This document shows, in pieces, positions 1-12,800 of a stretch of DNA of 35,463 bases (positions are counted from its first letter, which is position 1; every line of letters begins with the position of its first letter). Source of the stretch: Catajapyx aquilonaris. Its lineage: Eukaryota. The notes below the pieces were generated by a model, which worked only from the letters and a program-made list of their open reading frames with translations, was not told where the DNA came from and did no database searches. A program made the position numbers and the translations under genes. The DNA lies in the NCBI GenBank assembly GCA_000934665.2, contig JYFJ02004027.1, positions 1-35,463 on the forward strand. Direction: 5' to 3'.

Positions 1-97
1 TTATTAGTTCATATGTTGGGTTAGCTTGCATCTCCCTTCATCGCTGACTACCCCTCATAGGGAAATGTCGTGATGTTGTTGTTGTTGTTGTTGTTGT
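1..97 (+). repeat. (TGT)8 microsatellite at 74-97, possibly the tail of a SINE/LINE truncated by the window edge
   Basis: Eight TGT copies preceded by a small hairpin (ccct-cat-aggg) and cgtga. The microsatellite is directly visible; the retroposon reading is inference. Confidence 0.45.
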
Positions 98-2003
98 AAA
101 TTGCATTTCCGTAGATAAGACAACATTTTGCTCACAAAAATATGCTTCCTGGGAAGACTATCTACGAAGCACCGCAAGTTACGTACTGACAACATTCAGG
201 TAATGAAACGTATGACATACCATCGTGACATCTGACATGTTTGGATATCCGAAACCGTTCCACCCCCGCGAATCAGAAGACATACGCCATAAATAAAAAA
301 AGGAAAACTTGGTCAACAACCGAGCTTAATTACAGGATCCGATTGAATCGAAAAGACAGCTTGTCCTGTCAATATTTTCCGAGCCAGGGAGTGGGCGGGG
401 GTGGCCTTTGCAGACGAGACCTAATACCCCTTCCTTTTGGAAAGCCCCGTTCGGAAGAGAAATTCCCCGGAGAAGATTCCGGAGATGAACTAACCTACAG
501 GGGGGTATAAAAATGAAGGACCGAGAAATATATCGTAGAAAGGCCCACATTCTGCAGCCTATTCATCCATTCGAGAGAGCCTCCAGGGAACGAAGGAATG
601 CTCAGATATAAAGCTACAAAAGATGAAAAGGATTATCCAGCAACCCAATCTGTTATGAGGATTATTCCTGCAGGAGACTGAATTATACTAATTACTTGCC
701 AAATTGTTTAGTTTTTGGCTCAACTACTGCAAGGTAATGACTTGCAGGTACTTGAAGCTGATTTTTTTTAAAGCGGCCCTAAATGAGCCACTAGCAGTCC
801 ATCTCAAGAAGGAAAGAATCGATAAATTTCTGAGAGAGGAAAGTCCGCCCGCGAATAATTCACAGGTAATTACACCGTGAGACGCATTTTGGTCAATACT
901 CCGGAGTTTCTGCCCTTTTAACTCCAATATTAAATTACATCGTTTGGGTGCAATATTATCCATACTGTGGAAGAATTTCTCTGATGGCCATATTCGTAAC
1001 TCTGGTCAGGATAACGACCTATAGCTGAGGTTGTAGACCTCTGGTCCATATCTCAACTTTCCAGTATGTCCGTCGCCGAGTGTGACAATAGCTTCTTTGA
1101 CGTCAGCTGGCGACAGATGTCAAGCGGTCAAAGAAAGGCTGGACTGAGGCCAGTTTATGACAAGCTCTTTATTGGATGCGTTAGATCTCGCACCCTTTCA
1201 GACCATTTCTCGTCAGTGACTAGTTTTATTCCTAATCCCGACTTGCAATGAATTTTGAACTACTAAAACGGATGGGGTTAACCGCTCCGAGAGACCAAAG
1301 CTCCTGGGATTAAAACATGCATGAGTTCAGCAAAAGGTCAATAATACACTGTTCTCAACAATATAAGCTCCTTCCGTGCTCGGCTTTTGAATATTTCAGG
1401 GTTCCGTCCTGCCCTTTTAAGACACGCTGGTTTTAAACTCGGTCCTTCCCCGTCGAATTTTGTCGCTAGCATGCTCTATAATTTATGTACCCTCCATACT
1501 ATACAGTACGAAGTTGATATCAAAATGCGCTGAAAATAGTACCTTCATGTGTGTCTCATAATTATGCTCTTCAATACGTTCATTTTTTGTCAACGGCTCT
1601 GTCACGCTCCGAATACGTACAGTCCCTATAAAGCCTGCGCCGGATGACTTGGTATTGTTAATTAATTACACGTGAAACGAAATGAAACTGCACTTTGCAA
1701 GACATGGCAAAATAATTACATGAAAAATTCGTGTGTGCCGGTATAAAGTTAAGCCCTGAAACAAAACGCACTCGTCTATTGTAATGCGCCTGCAGTAAGT
1801 CTGACAAACTGAACCGAGCACTGCATGCGCCTACTGTACATTACCATAGACCATATTTTAACTTCATTCTTAAATCTTCATAAAACTAGACTTACACGTG
1901 ACTAAGACATGGAAATAGAATCAGGGGGATTGAGTCCAATGGCACGTGGTACAAAAAAAATGTTACGTGCATGTTTAATAAATTGGACGTACTGACTTTC
2001 CAG

Positions 2004-4046
2004 CATCGTCATCCGAAAACGAGACAACAGAGGACCCGCTGTCTCCTTGGGAAGGAGGAGGTCGTTTCCCGGTGGTCCGAGCCGAAGAAGTGGGCATTGT
2101 ACTGGTGGTGCTCCTGCTGTGGGCTGGAGCCATCGCACTCTTCTTCAGCAGATGGGGCAAGATCCGGATGCTGGAGCCATACCAGCCAAAGTTCATCCAG
2201 CAAGACAAGCACAGGCCCAGCTGCCCACTGGTCGAAGCCACTGTATGCCAGGTACACCCTCGGTACCCTCCAAACTGACTCAATCTCTATTCACATCACC
2301 CAGGACGACCAGAATATTCCTATAGTCTCCCCCCAAAAAAATCTCCATCAAAATGGGAAGATTGACTTGTCAATTCGAAAGCGAATCTTGATCCTCCTGC
2401 ACCGGTGTACAATAAACCGTTGCCACGGCCAGAAAATTGATTTCTGAACCACCATATATGACTACAGTGCACAAAAGCGATGATTCATCTCGAAATCTTT
2501 CTCTTTGTGGCACGTACACAGGGTGGTTCAATAATATCTGCCGATTTAACTGGTTTTTCAGATATTAAGTAAAATTCTGTTGTGTTAAATTTTCTTCCTG
2601 ATGCCAATGTACGTACATCCGGTTCTCCGTGGCAGTAATTTCCTTTCTGGTGTTCCTGTTGTAGGAAGAAGGCCGGAGGGTTTAACAAGCTGGAAGATTA
2701 CGACGACCACGAGCCACGCCGAATCGTCTTTCCGCACAATCTAGCTTTCTTTATTGCCTTTGCTCGTCTTTTTTTTTTTACGCCTCACACAAGACTCACT
2801 TTCCCAGATAAATTACGCCGTTACTTTTTTCCGTCTCCTACGCTCTTTTTTATGATTTTGTTTCTTGAGTGGCCTGGTCTCTCAAAACGAAAGCAAACAA
2901 GATGAGTTCACAAGGTTTCCCTAGTTGACCAACCTTATTTTGTTCGTGTCCCGGTACGTTACTCTTTAGACAATGACAGATGCGCTCTTCAGACACAGAT
3001 GCTGCCTACAGCCCTATCGCACAAACCCTATTTGTTCTCCCATAAATTTTGGTTTTTAGAGTTGACAGCACACCGGGAATGTTCACTTTTTTTAGTGGTA
3101 CACTGTCGACAGGTGTAAACTACGTCATTACCGGAGTTCACTGCTGAAATTCTACGCTCTGGTATAGTTGAAGGCCGTGCTGGTCATACGATGCTAACAA
3201 GCTGCTCAATGCAATTGGCTGATTAGGATCGATGTGATCAACAGTAACTGGTCTACAACTATTGCATTGCATAAGGTCTTCAGCATCAATTGATAATGTC
3301 GAGTTAAGCCAGGTTCACACTAAGGGCGACCAAAACATCACCATTCTCCTTCTTCAACTAGCAAAGTGGCGATTGGCGAATGGGGCACGTTTTGAGCGTC
3401 CACATCATGTGAATTTGGCACCTGTCATCTATAAATTATCTCGAGTGGTTACAGCCACCTTTTGATATTTGGTCCTCTTTCAACGGACTTTTCCGAACAC
3501 GAAGTTGCTCTAAGAATTGAGAGAGTCATTCGGTAAATGATTTTCCAATCACAAGTAATGGACAGTGTACAAATGGCGCAAACCACTCAATATAATTCAG
3601 TGTCGTGTAGCCACTAAAAATGATTTGCTGCTCAATCCCTCATTATTGGCCTGTTGCAGCCTGGTTTAGGACCCCAGTTGCCTTTACCCCCCACCGATTT
3701 GTTGAAACTGTTGCCCACCACTGCACCGCACTTTTGATATATGAGCATGCCTTTTCTCTTTTTCTGTGGCCGATCATTTCAGCACGGCACTCACTCCAAG
3801 TACAGCTCCCTGGATCACGGCTCCTACTACCCGTTCCAGCCCTTCCAGCACCAATTCCTGCAGACAAATGCTGCTGCAGGATGTAACCGTCCTCGCCAGC
3901 ACTCGGTCTTCGTCGGGAGCCCAACCGTGGCCTCGCTAGGGGTCAACCCGCCCAGAAAGGTCAAGAGCGCCATGGATATCCAGACACTGGTGCTCACGGA
4001 GGATTACCATGACAATCTTCACGCCTCCAGGCTCTCGCACTTGTGA
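2004..4046 (+). CDS. 5'-partial gene: single-pass membrane protein with FNDC4/FNDC5 C-terminal-like (DUF4808-type) region; exons 2004-2251 and 3783-4046
   Basis: Acceptor tttccag|2004 (phase 1), donor cag|gtacac at 2252 (phase 0), acceptor tttcag|3783 (phase 0, in frame), TGA ending 4046. Peptide VRAEEVGIVLVVLLLWAGAIALFFSRWGKIRMLEPYQPKF resembles the FNDC5 transmembrane segment as I recall it (EVLIIVVVLFMWAGVIALF). The second exon carries RPRQHSVFVG...PRKVKSAMDIQ, which I recall from arthropod members of this family. Upstream exons (signal peptide/FN3) were not identified. Confidence 0.85.
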
Positions 4047-4080
4047 TTTCTCTCTGTCTCTCATGGCGTTTATTTTGGAT

Positions 4081-4105
4081 GGGGGGGGGGNGGGGGGGGG
4101 GGGGG
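4081..4105. repeat. Poly-G tract with an N at 4091
   Basis: Directly visible; the N suggests uncertain length or an assembly join. Confidence 0.9.
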
Positions 4106-4168
4106 TTATTGACGAGTCGCATTCATCAAATGTGGAAGGCAATTGTTGCCCCCTCACTCATTATTGTG

Positions 4169-4485
4169 ATTGAATGGCCCAATAGAACGAGTAAGCCCAA
4201 CATGATATAAATTACTCCACTCTTTCATCTGGATCAAACACATAATTACTTTTTCAGCTAATTGGATTAAATATTTTACTCGTAATAACGAAAAAACTGA
4301 TTCAAGAATGAGTCAGTTGGGGGAATATGGTCACTCTATAAGAGTGGAGAATATGATCACTACAAGATAGTGTGAAAAATATGCTCACTATAAGAGTGGA
4401 GGGAAACTACTAATTGAGCATAAAGTCATGAAATGGTTTTAATTTCTAATTACCTGGGACTCATAGTTCTACTGGGCCACTCAAT
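4169..4485. mobile_element. MITE-like element, about 317 bp
   Basis: attgaatggcccaatagaac (4169-4188) and gttctactgggccactcaat (4466-4485) match 18/20 as inverted repeats. Three degenerate internal aatatg.tcact... repeats at about 4324-4401. No clear TSD. Confidence 0.55.
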
Positions 4486-6152
4486 TGAGCAGATCAAAAA
4501 TGACCATCCTCGACATATCTGATAAAAATCAAAGACGGTTCTGGTTATACGTGACGTTAAATCAACTGCACTGATTTTTTGCATTGTTTATTAAAAGGGA
4601 CCATCCCTATCAAAGTAGGAATCGGTGCGACTTGTGGTCAGCTGAGTAGTCGACAATTTTTCAACTTCATCTTCACATTAAAGATGCTTGATCTCTTCAC
4701 TCCAAGCGTGTCAGCAAACAACTTTAAAATGAATATCATCATCAAGCGCGTAAAATAACAACGTGTATACTATACCGGTATATAGCAACCGGAGAAGTGG
4801 CAATTTGCAAATCTCTTCTTCAACTCTTTTAGCTCGATCTTGATCTTTGACTTTACTTGACATTGACAAATGCCTACCTCGTATTAAAAATTTCCAGATT
4901 TCACAGCGAGAATAAATTAGACCACTAGAATCTCGAGACAATTAATGTGGGTAATCCACAAAGTACAATGTTCAGAATGCATTATGATGACGTTTATTTA
5001 TATTTTGAGAAGCATAACTTATACGTGCCATAAGACTTACGTTAAAACTTTTGAAGCATAGGCCGCTATGCTGCTAAACTGACAAAAGTTAATTTTAAAA
5101 TATGGTTCAAATTTACCAAAATAAGAAAAAAAACTTAGTAAGAAACTGTATATGACTATACAATAGATCGTCCACAGTGTCTCGTAAAATTAAACAGGGC
5201 TTAAGTAACATTAAAAGAAAGACATTTAGTGAAGCGTCGCTTGTAGGTATATAGAATAACTCATTTATAAGCCTTGAAGATGTTGTACCAGTCATGTTTT
5301 ACACGTGGACTATATATCTTGCGCATGCGAAACCTTAAAGTATAGAGTATTGTCTGACGAATTCCTAATTTATATTACGTGTCCTTGTAAACTTGGGATT
5401 CAGATAGACTACTATAGTACCTGTCATGAGAAATGACTGTATTTATTTTATACTGTTCCTATGTATAAACTTGTTTTCAACAAAATATAATGTGCTGTAG
5501 CCATACGTATAAGCATGTAAAACACATCAACTAGAGTCCGTTTTCGGCGCAGTAAAGACATGTCAATTGTAATGTTGTACATAGGCAGTGGACGTGTATG
5601 TAATAATAGAGGATTCCTCTCAATCACGCCAAGTTACCCCGTCACTATGATTAGTAGACTACTATGTGTAATTGTAGCCTACAATACAGTATACTGTAAG
5701 CTTGTTTCATACAGATTGTAGAAAAAGCTGTCGCTTATTTTTCATAACATATGGTATATATTTTAGCGCTATGGAAAGCACTGCAATTCACTGTACCCAA
5801 AATTCAATATTGTAATATTCATGCCCCTAAAATGTCGTTACTTTTCAGTAAACCACCATTAATGCAGCCATATAGTATGCTACAACTGTAACATACCAAT
5901 TTAAAAATGTTCTGGAATAATTTATTCTGCACCATGCACAGCATTGTGGTTAAAGCAATTTATGCATAAATTTTAAAATTCTTCCGAGTTAAATAAAAAC
6001 ACGCACTTGTTGACTCAAGTCATGTACTCGATGTATGGACTCCATCACAGCTTTTAATAAAGGTTGATTGGTTCTTTATTAAAACATTTCATTGCATTTT
6101 GAGAAACCATGGATATCCGCAAACAACACAGTTCAAGACAACCGAACAAATT

Positions 6153-9100
6153 ATGGTGAAACACAAACCACCTGCGACTCTGTACCTTACCAGCTTGCAG
6201 CGATTGAAACTAGCCCTACATGAATCGGCGGAACACATACAAAATCATTTCGGAGCATACGATGTCGATTCGTCCCAAGAGCTCGCAGAAACCATTCGAT
6301 CCTACTTGTCCGATCATCTTCCAGCCACGGTTAGGCGGTATTTTCCCTTCCTATGCGAATAGCTTTTACAAGATAATTCCGTCCTCCGCACAGGTACTGC
6401 GAGATGTGTGCAACACACGGCTTCTGTTTCCCTCGCCAGCTCCGCCATACGACCCTCGAATCTACCTCCACATGTGCCTGCAACCCTGTCTGTTTGACCT
6501 CTCAACCCTGAAACTCAGCTACGGGGAAGCATTCATGCCCGCACACGACATCTTCTGGTTAAGGCACTTGCCGATGCTCTCTAACCTCACCTCCATCGAA
6601 GTTCATCTGCTCAGGTACTTTTCATAATAATTATTATACTGTACAAATCCCCACTTCGCATGCAGGTATATAAAAGTCTCCCTATACCCCTTCTGACATC
6701 GCGACACTGTGGATTTCACCCGCTGCAGTATGACAGACACGTTCCTATCCGAAGTGGTCAAAAACTGTCCCAAGCTGGAGGAGCTCCGTTCGCACAAGCC
6801 TGGCCGATACGAGATGACCCGCCTGCGACGCTTCGTGGGGTGCTTCGTCCTTGTCACCAGCAAAGGACTGTCCAAAGTGCGTACACTACTGGCCTGATGC
6901 ACCAAATGACATCTCTACATAAACTACTACATATCCCACCCAAATTTCCAGCTGAGTGCATGCAAGCAACTCCGTCATCTGATGCTCCCTTTCGGCGAGT
7001 GCAATGCCTTAGAATGCAGCTGTTATGTGCAGGATGTGGCCGGAACAGAAAAGGCCATGCTGACCCTCTTGGCAGAAGTCCCTCTGAGGAGCATGGGCAA
7101 CTACGACCTGGCTTCCCTCCTGGTCCAGAACGAGGAAAGCCTTCCCTTGCTCAACATCACCTACCTGGAGATTGTCAACCCCATGGCCAGTCACATAGCC
7201 ACCATCGATCGCCTTTGCCCTTCGCTCAAGACCCTCCGGCTGATTGGAACATGGCAGGTATGTGACTACACACGCATTCGACATCCGAAAGCAAAATAAT
7301 GCATGGGGCTCGTTGCAGCACATTCGTAACCTGAATACGGCTCCGCCTGTGTTCTCCTGCTTGGCTGACAGCCAGCTCATGGTCACCACTTTCTACGTGA
7401 AGAATTTCTACCAATCGGAGCAAAACTTTGTGAACTTCATCACGTCCAAAGGTATATACCTGCACCTTCCGCACCGTGATCAGCAGGCGGTACGCAAAAG
7501 GGGTTTGAGTCATGCGACCTGTATGATGTGTGCTTAAGGCCACCGCTATACATATCGGATCCTGGCTGAACGGTTGGTCAAACATTTGATTTAGCTTGTT
7601 GTTACCTAAATCTGCTCAATATTGCATTAGAATGATGACAGGCCAGCCACGCAACCAAATCAGATCAACGTTGTACGTCGACCTATACGTTACCGAATCG
7701 TGGTCTGCCCTTATTTTAGGCGCATTTTTCTTTTTAATCGTGTGTCGCTAGGATGTTGCTCGGGTTAATTATACTGTAAGATTAGTGATTAAAATACTCC
7801 ACACCATTTTTGACTGCGATTAATTAATTAATTATCATACGTGGTGGAAATTCAGCCTTGGTGACACCAACATTAGGAGGCGGCTCTATCCTACTTGATA
7901 GATGATCCGACTTTTATGGGTGCTAAACGGGCCATCTAACCGGCAGGATGTCCCCTATTATTATCATGGAAACATCGTCAAACTGCCTTTGCATATCGTA
8001 ATCACCACTCACACATACGTAATTATTTATTGCCTCAGTATAAATTATTATATGCAAAAGTGTCCCCTACGTGAAGCAATGGTGGAATTACTGAGCACTA
8101 TGAATATGCTATACCCATTAATATATTAATGCTGCAAAATCCAGATCCAAGAAAATATATTGCAGCATCAAATGAGAAGGCATTTCGCTTGTAAAAATAA
8201 GCAGAAAAAAATCGTTCATTTTAATGCAGAAAGCCGCGAATTTCCCTGCGGAACAATATGGTCTAGTTCTAAATGTCCAAAGATATAGTCGCGAGCGAAA
8301 CGCACAGAGCAACGCCGTACTTTCCAGCAAAAGCGCCAGTATTTCCAGTTCAGTTGAGCATGCATAGTTTATGGGACAGAATGAATAATCTACAATAACC
8401 GGGGTGGCCCCCCCGCGGCTCGTGCGAAGTGGTGATGAAAATTTATTCCAACATTCTATGCTTTTGCTTCAGGAAGGTACCTGACCAGCCTGACCCTGTT
8501 CATGAGGCAAGAGTGGGATGAGGACAGCGTCGAACGTTGGCTGGACTCCAACGACATCCTCAGGGTAGGTCTCAACTGCCAGTCCCTGACGCATCTGTCG
8601 CTCCGAAACTTACGGAGAGACAAGACCGTCATCAAGCCCTCGGATTTTCTCGTACAGGCCGAGGGCGCTTTTGCCAATTTAAAATCGCTCTCGTTGGTCG
8701 GAAGAGGGTCAGTATTAACACCATTTTAATATCATGAACCTAATTTCATCTGAAACATTACGGGGCAGATGGAACTCCAAGCTGATCCTGCCGCTGTGCC
8801 TCAACTATTCGTTGGGAATGATGGACTTGCATTTGGTCAACCATTACTACATAGGGCTGCCGGAGCACGGGTCGGACATGTCCATCTACATGGTAGGTCA
8901 CATCTTGGATGACATTATTCATCACAATCCTCTCGTGGAATTGGAATGTGCACACTTTTCGTCCGTAAGTACCCATCGCTACATACTGTATACGGAGGCT
9001 TCAAAACAATGCAATGGCTAGATATTGGTACTCACCACTTGCAGAACATGCACTTGATTGGGTCCAATTTGGACCACTTCCTTGATCACTGCCCCAGGAT

Positions 9101-9206
9101 CAAGAAACTGGTGATCGAAGATGGACAGTGGAGGTCCAGGATTTTTGAGCTGCAAGAACAATTCAAAGTAAATAACGTCGACTGCAACGTTTTCTCATGG
9201 GAATAA
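6153..9206 (+). CDS. LRR protein A, about 525 aa, with N-terminal BC-box/Cul2-box-like motif; exons 6153-6329, 6394-6614, 6729-6876, 6952-7257, 7319-7451, 8473-8707, 8769-8964, 9045-9206
   Basis: All seven introns are GT-AG, phases 0,2,0,0,1,2,0; spliced length 1578 nt, open from ATG to TAA. Repeated cysteine-containing LRR-like motifs (NCPKLEEL, CKQLRHLML, LCPSLKTLRL, NCQSLTHLSL, HCPRIKKLVI). Exon-by-exon homology to the downstream gene. Confidence 0.9.
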
Positions 9207-9223
9207 AATTAACAGGCTTGAAA

Positions 9224-9229
9224 AATAAA
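9224..9229 (+). terminator. Candidate polyadenylation signal of gene A
   Basis: AATAAA beginning 18 nt after the stop codon; a second AATAAA overlaps the stop (9202-9207). Confidence 0.5.
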
Positions 9230-9843
9230 TGGCGGCACGGTTATATAATGAGCTTAACATTTTCTCTTAAAGTTCACCTCGCTATGACGCCAAACAATGT
9301 CCGCTATACGTTCATTAACCAATATTTTTGAAATGTGCTGAATGCTTCACGCCCGATTGAATTTAAGCACCACCACTATACACATGCGGGTACTTCATGC
9401 ACATAAATTTTGCAACAATGGTAAAGTGTGCTAGCCTACATAACATATTGACTTTCAATTAGGGAGGTCAGCCACATGTCATCCTCTACAGTTGTCCATT
9501 ATATTCGGTATATTCGCACTGTGTAGCACCTCAAAGCCGACATGTGAATGTCCGCCGCGTCAAATAATTGAGAGGGTGTCATGCCCCTCTGAACGTCAAA
9601 ACTATGTTTAAAAATAATGTAATTCGAAACGATGCGCTTCGTCAGTCGAATAAACGAACAAGTTGGATATGGCAGCTTGTGCTACCTGGGAAACAACCTA
9701 GTGAATGCAAAATGGCAACAATTTATTATTTATACACAATATCAAATGACTCCGGTCCGCGCTCACAGGAACAAGAACCATTCGATCCCACCGCCAAATT
9801 ACATGTCACGTGAAACCCAACTTATCGGACCATCCCAGCCGGC

Positions 9844-12800
9844 ATGGCTCCGAGAAGAAAGCCGTCCAGTCTGTACTCGATCGCCTTGAGAAACATGGGA
9901 AGCATCTTGGAAGCCACAACCCACAAAATCCAAGAGTTATACGGATCTTACGACCTGAAGGAAACACGTGCCAAATGCAACGAAATCAGGATGAAACTCG
10001 GCAATACCCTTGCACCGGAGGTAAGCATGTCCAGGTCATACCCTATGTGCACATTCATATGACATAATTATGATTAGGTGCTGGACGAACTTTGTGCTGC
10101 ACGTCGGGTACACTCGTCTTCTTGGGTCATCAGGGACGGTCGAATAACGTTGGATATTTTCATTCATCCTGAGCTGAAATCGTTCGAGCATAGCTGGGAA
10201 GACTTCAACGAGCTTTATATTCCTCCGTACGACTCGTTCTGGTTGAATCGCATCAAAATTTTGACGCAACTCCAGTCCATATCTCTTCTTTTTCTTTGGT
10301 ACGATTATGGTGTTTATGTATTATTATTTGATGTGACCCGCAATATTGAAAAGTACTGAGCCTTCATGTCATACTAACATTTGCATTTTTTGCGCCTCTA
10401 AAAAAGCAGTATAGTGTGACATAGTACGGGCGGAACTCCACGTACTAATTAGGTTACGCAATTAACTCCCGACCCACCCCATCACGAAAAGTGTCGTCCA
10501 AGCCATTAACAAGTAACGTCCATTATGCAGCGTTACCGATGCCCTCCTGTCCCAACTGGCCCAATGCTGTCCAGCCATCGAAGAGGTCATTTGCAGAGCG
10601 ATCGACGTGGAGATTAACCTGGTGGAACGAGGTCACTGCTCCGTCATGATCACTCCCGACGGATTGCTCCAGGTCTCTTTATGCCCTCGTATTATTTATG
10701 TAAAGTAACCAAGCGTAACACGTCTTGGGGCCAGGGGACGGTCACGAGCAAAGGCTCACTTTGAAGTGCCCCACTGTTATTCCAGCTGAGCAAATGCCAA
10801 CACTTGCGTCACTTGGAGCTGCCCTACAATGTTTGCAAACGCAACCCGTGTCCCTGCTTCTTGGGTCAGGCCAAGGAAACGGAGCAGGTCATGCTGACCC
10901 TGCTGACCAGCACCCCCATGCAAAAGGTCATCAAGTACGACCTGACCTCGCTCATCGCCGCCAATGTGGAATCCATGCCCATACTCTCTCTCAGCGAACT
11001 CAAGATAAAGAACGCTTTCACGGAGCACATCTCCGCCATAAACAGAGTATGTCCAATTCTCAAGTCCTTGACATTGGAAGTAGTCTGGAACCCCCAGGTA
11101 TTTATACTGTACTGTAATTGTTTCACCAGTCAGATAATATAAACACGGGTATAAATGCTGTCCTCCGCATTTCCAAAGTTTGGGCTTGAGCTGCCAGACC
11201 AAGAGGAAAACCAGAGAGTCATCAGACCCACAGTTTTTTCCGAGCTGGCGTCGTCCTGTCTACGTCTCACGGAATTGAGAGTGAACAGCGCATTCCAGTG
11301 CGATGCCAACTTTATCAAATTTATCACAGCCAAAGGTACAGATTGTTGCACACAGGACGATGATACATTTCCTGCAGTGCCAACAAAAATAATTTGAATG
11401 CTTCTTTAAAAGGGGAGCATCTGACACACCTGATCCTGTCGTCATTTTACCAAAGCGAGCAATTGTTCTTGCAAATGTGTCCCGACTCTTCGGACATACA
11501 CACCATTGCCAGCACGTGTCCAGTTCTCGAGGTCTTCAAGGTTCGAGAGCTACGAAGCGATCGAATTGCCAGCCCCGAGTATTTAGAATACCCAACGACA
11601 CAACCATTCTTCTCCAGGCTGCATACACTCTCGATTTACGGAAAAGGGTATGACGCATATAAAATGGCAACCAGAGAAGTCAAGTTGAACACATCTTATT
11701 TTTTCACACTCATTGCTGTCAATTAATTAACTCTTAGATTCTCTGGCTGCCACAGTAATTAAATAATCGCATACAAATTTTTGTTTTAATACTGCTTCGA
11801 ATTGCTAGATGGGCATCGTGGAGGATTCTGCCGCTGTGTTTGAACCACGCCTTGTTGATTGAAAACCTGACGATTGAGAACCAGAGGTATTACTACCAGC
11901 ACCTGCTGGAGGCAAACGACAACACCAACTACGAAATAGGAGAGCTGCTCTCATCGATATTTACCCGGAATCCGATGAGCGAGCTGAGATCTATCCGGGT
12001 GTCGGTCGTAAGTCAAATTCCCATTGAATTTACTCAGTTTGTAATATTTTGCCCTCTTCAGGCCTATAATCTCTATCAGGCGCCTATAATAGAAACCTGC
12101 TGTCGCTATCCTAACACACGGCTGACGTTGATCTTAACAGTCAAAGTGCTCCATAAAAATCCAAGTAAACATACCCACATATGATAAATCACATACAGTG
12201 CCCTTGTTATAAAGTCGACAAGAACGGGACAAACAACAATGTAGGGTAATAGCATAAATACACAAAATGAAGGTGGTGGCCCACCTATAGCCTTTGTACA
12301 GCACATGTTGACAAAGGTCTGTACAGTACAGAGAAATCCTGTTCACGCACTTTTTTGCCTTTAAATACTACATTATTTGGTGTGTACGTACATCTGCCGT
12401 CGCGTCGCTCTTCGAATATTTATGCCTTATACGGTATATGTAATCCCCCCACCACCACCACCTTTCCAACCGACTATGCAGCGGGCTACAGTGCCAATAA
12501 TCCCCACATCAGCATGTGCAGTGCACGGCTTGACTGACACATACGTCATCAACCCTTTGGGACACGGCCATTTTTGAGCCCCTGCATTTTTATAGAATAA
12601 AGAAAGTACATTTTCGCTTTAAAAGTGCTCACTTTATTTTAGCAGCCTCAGGGAAAATACACAATGAGTCTCCATATTAAACACATAGTTAGAAAGTATC
12701 ACCCATAGATATTAAAGGTAGCTAGCTACCTTTAATTGATATCACCATTTGTGCATACTAGACATAGTCCAAGCAATTTTGGTGCTGTATTTTCATTTTA

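Noticed and set aside
1066..1251. ORF MSVAECDNSFFDVSW as a possible FN3 exon of the FNDC-like gene
   Set aside because: Only a VSW-like tripeptide resembles FN3; no other FN3 signature and no convincing compatible donor.
2441..2535. tgaaccacc/ggtggttca inverted pair resembling mariner ends
   Set aside because: Only 9 bp exact, oriented tail-to-head, and no partner termini found to define an element.
4324..4401. Spaced degenerate repeats as a CRISPR-like array
   Set aside because: Only three imperfect units with no unique spacers, in eukaryotic DNA with no cas genes; better explained as internal repeats of a MITE-like element.
4711..5295. Minus-strand ORFs and one exon-like segment near 5041-5078
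   Set aside because: Could not be assembled into a coherent reading frame; AT-rich with no recognisable motif.
6660..7265. Longest listed ORF (201 aa)
   Set aside because: Alternative-frame shadow running across exons 3-4 and introns of gene A.
7536..7685. Possible Harbinger-like MITE in intron 5 of gene A
   Set aside because: Inverted similarity too degenerate to support by eye.
10777..11202. 141-aa minus-strand ORF (likewise 7009..7389 and 7226..7585)
   Set aside because: Antisense shadows of real plus-strand exons.
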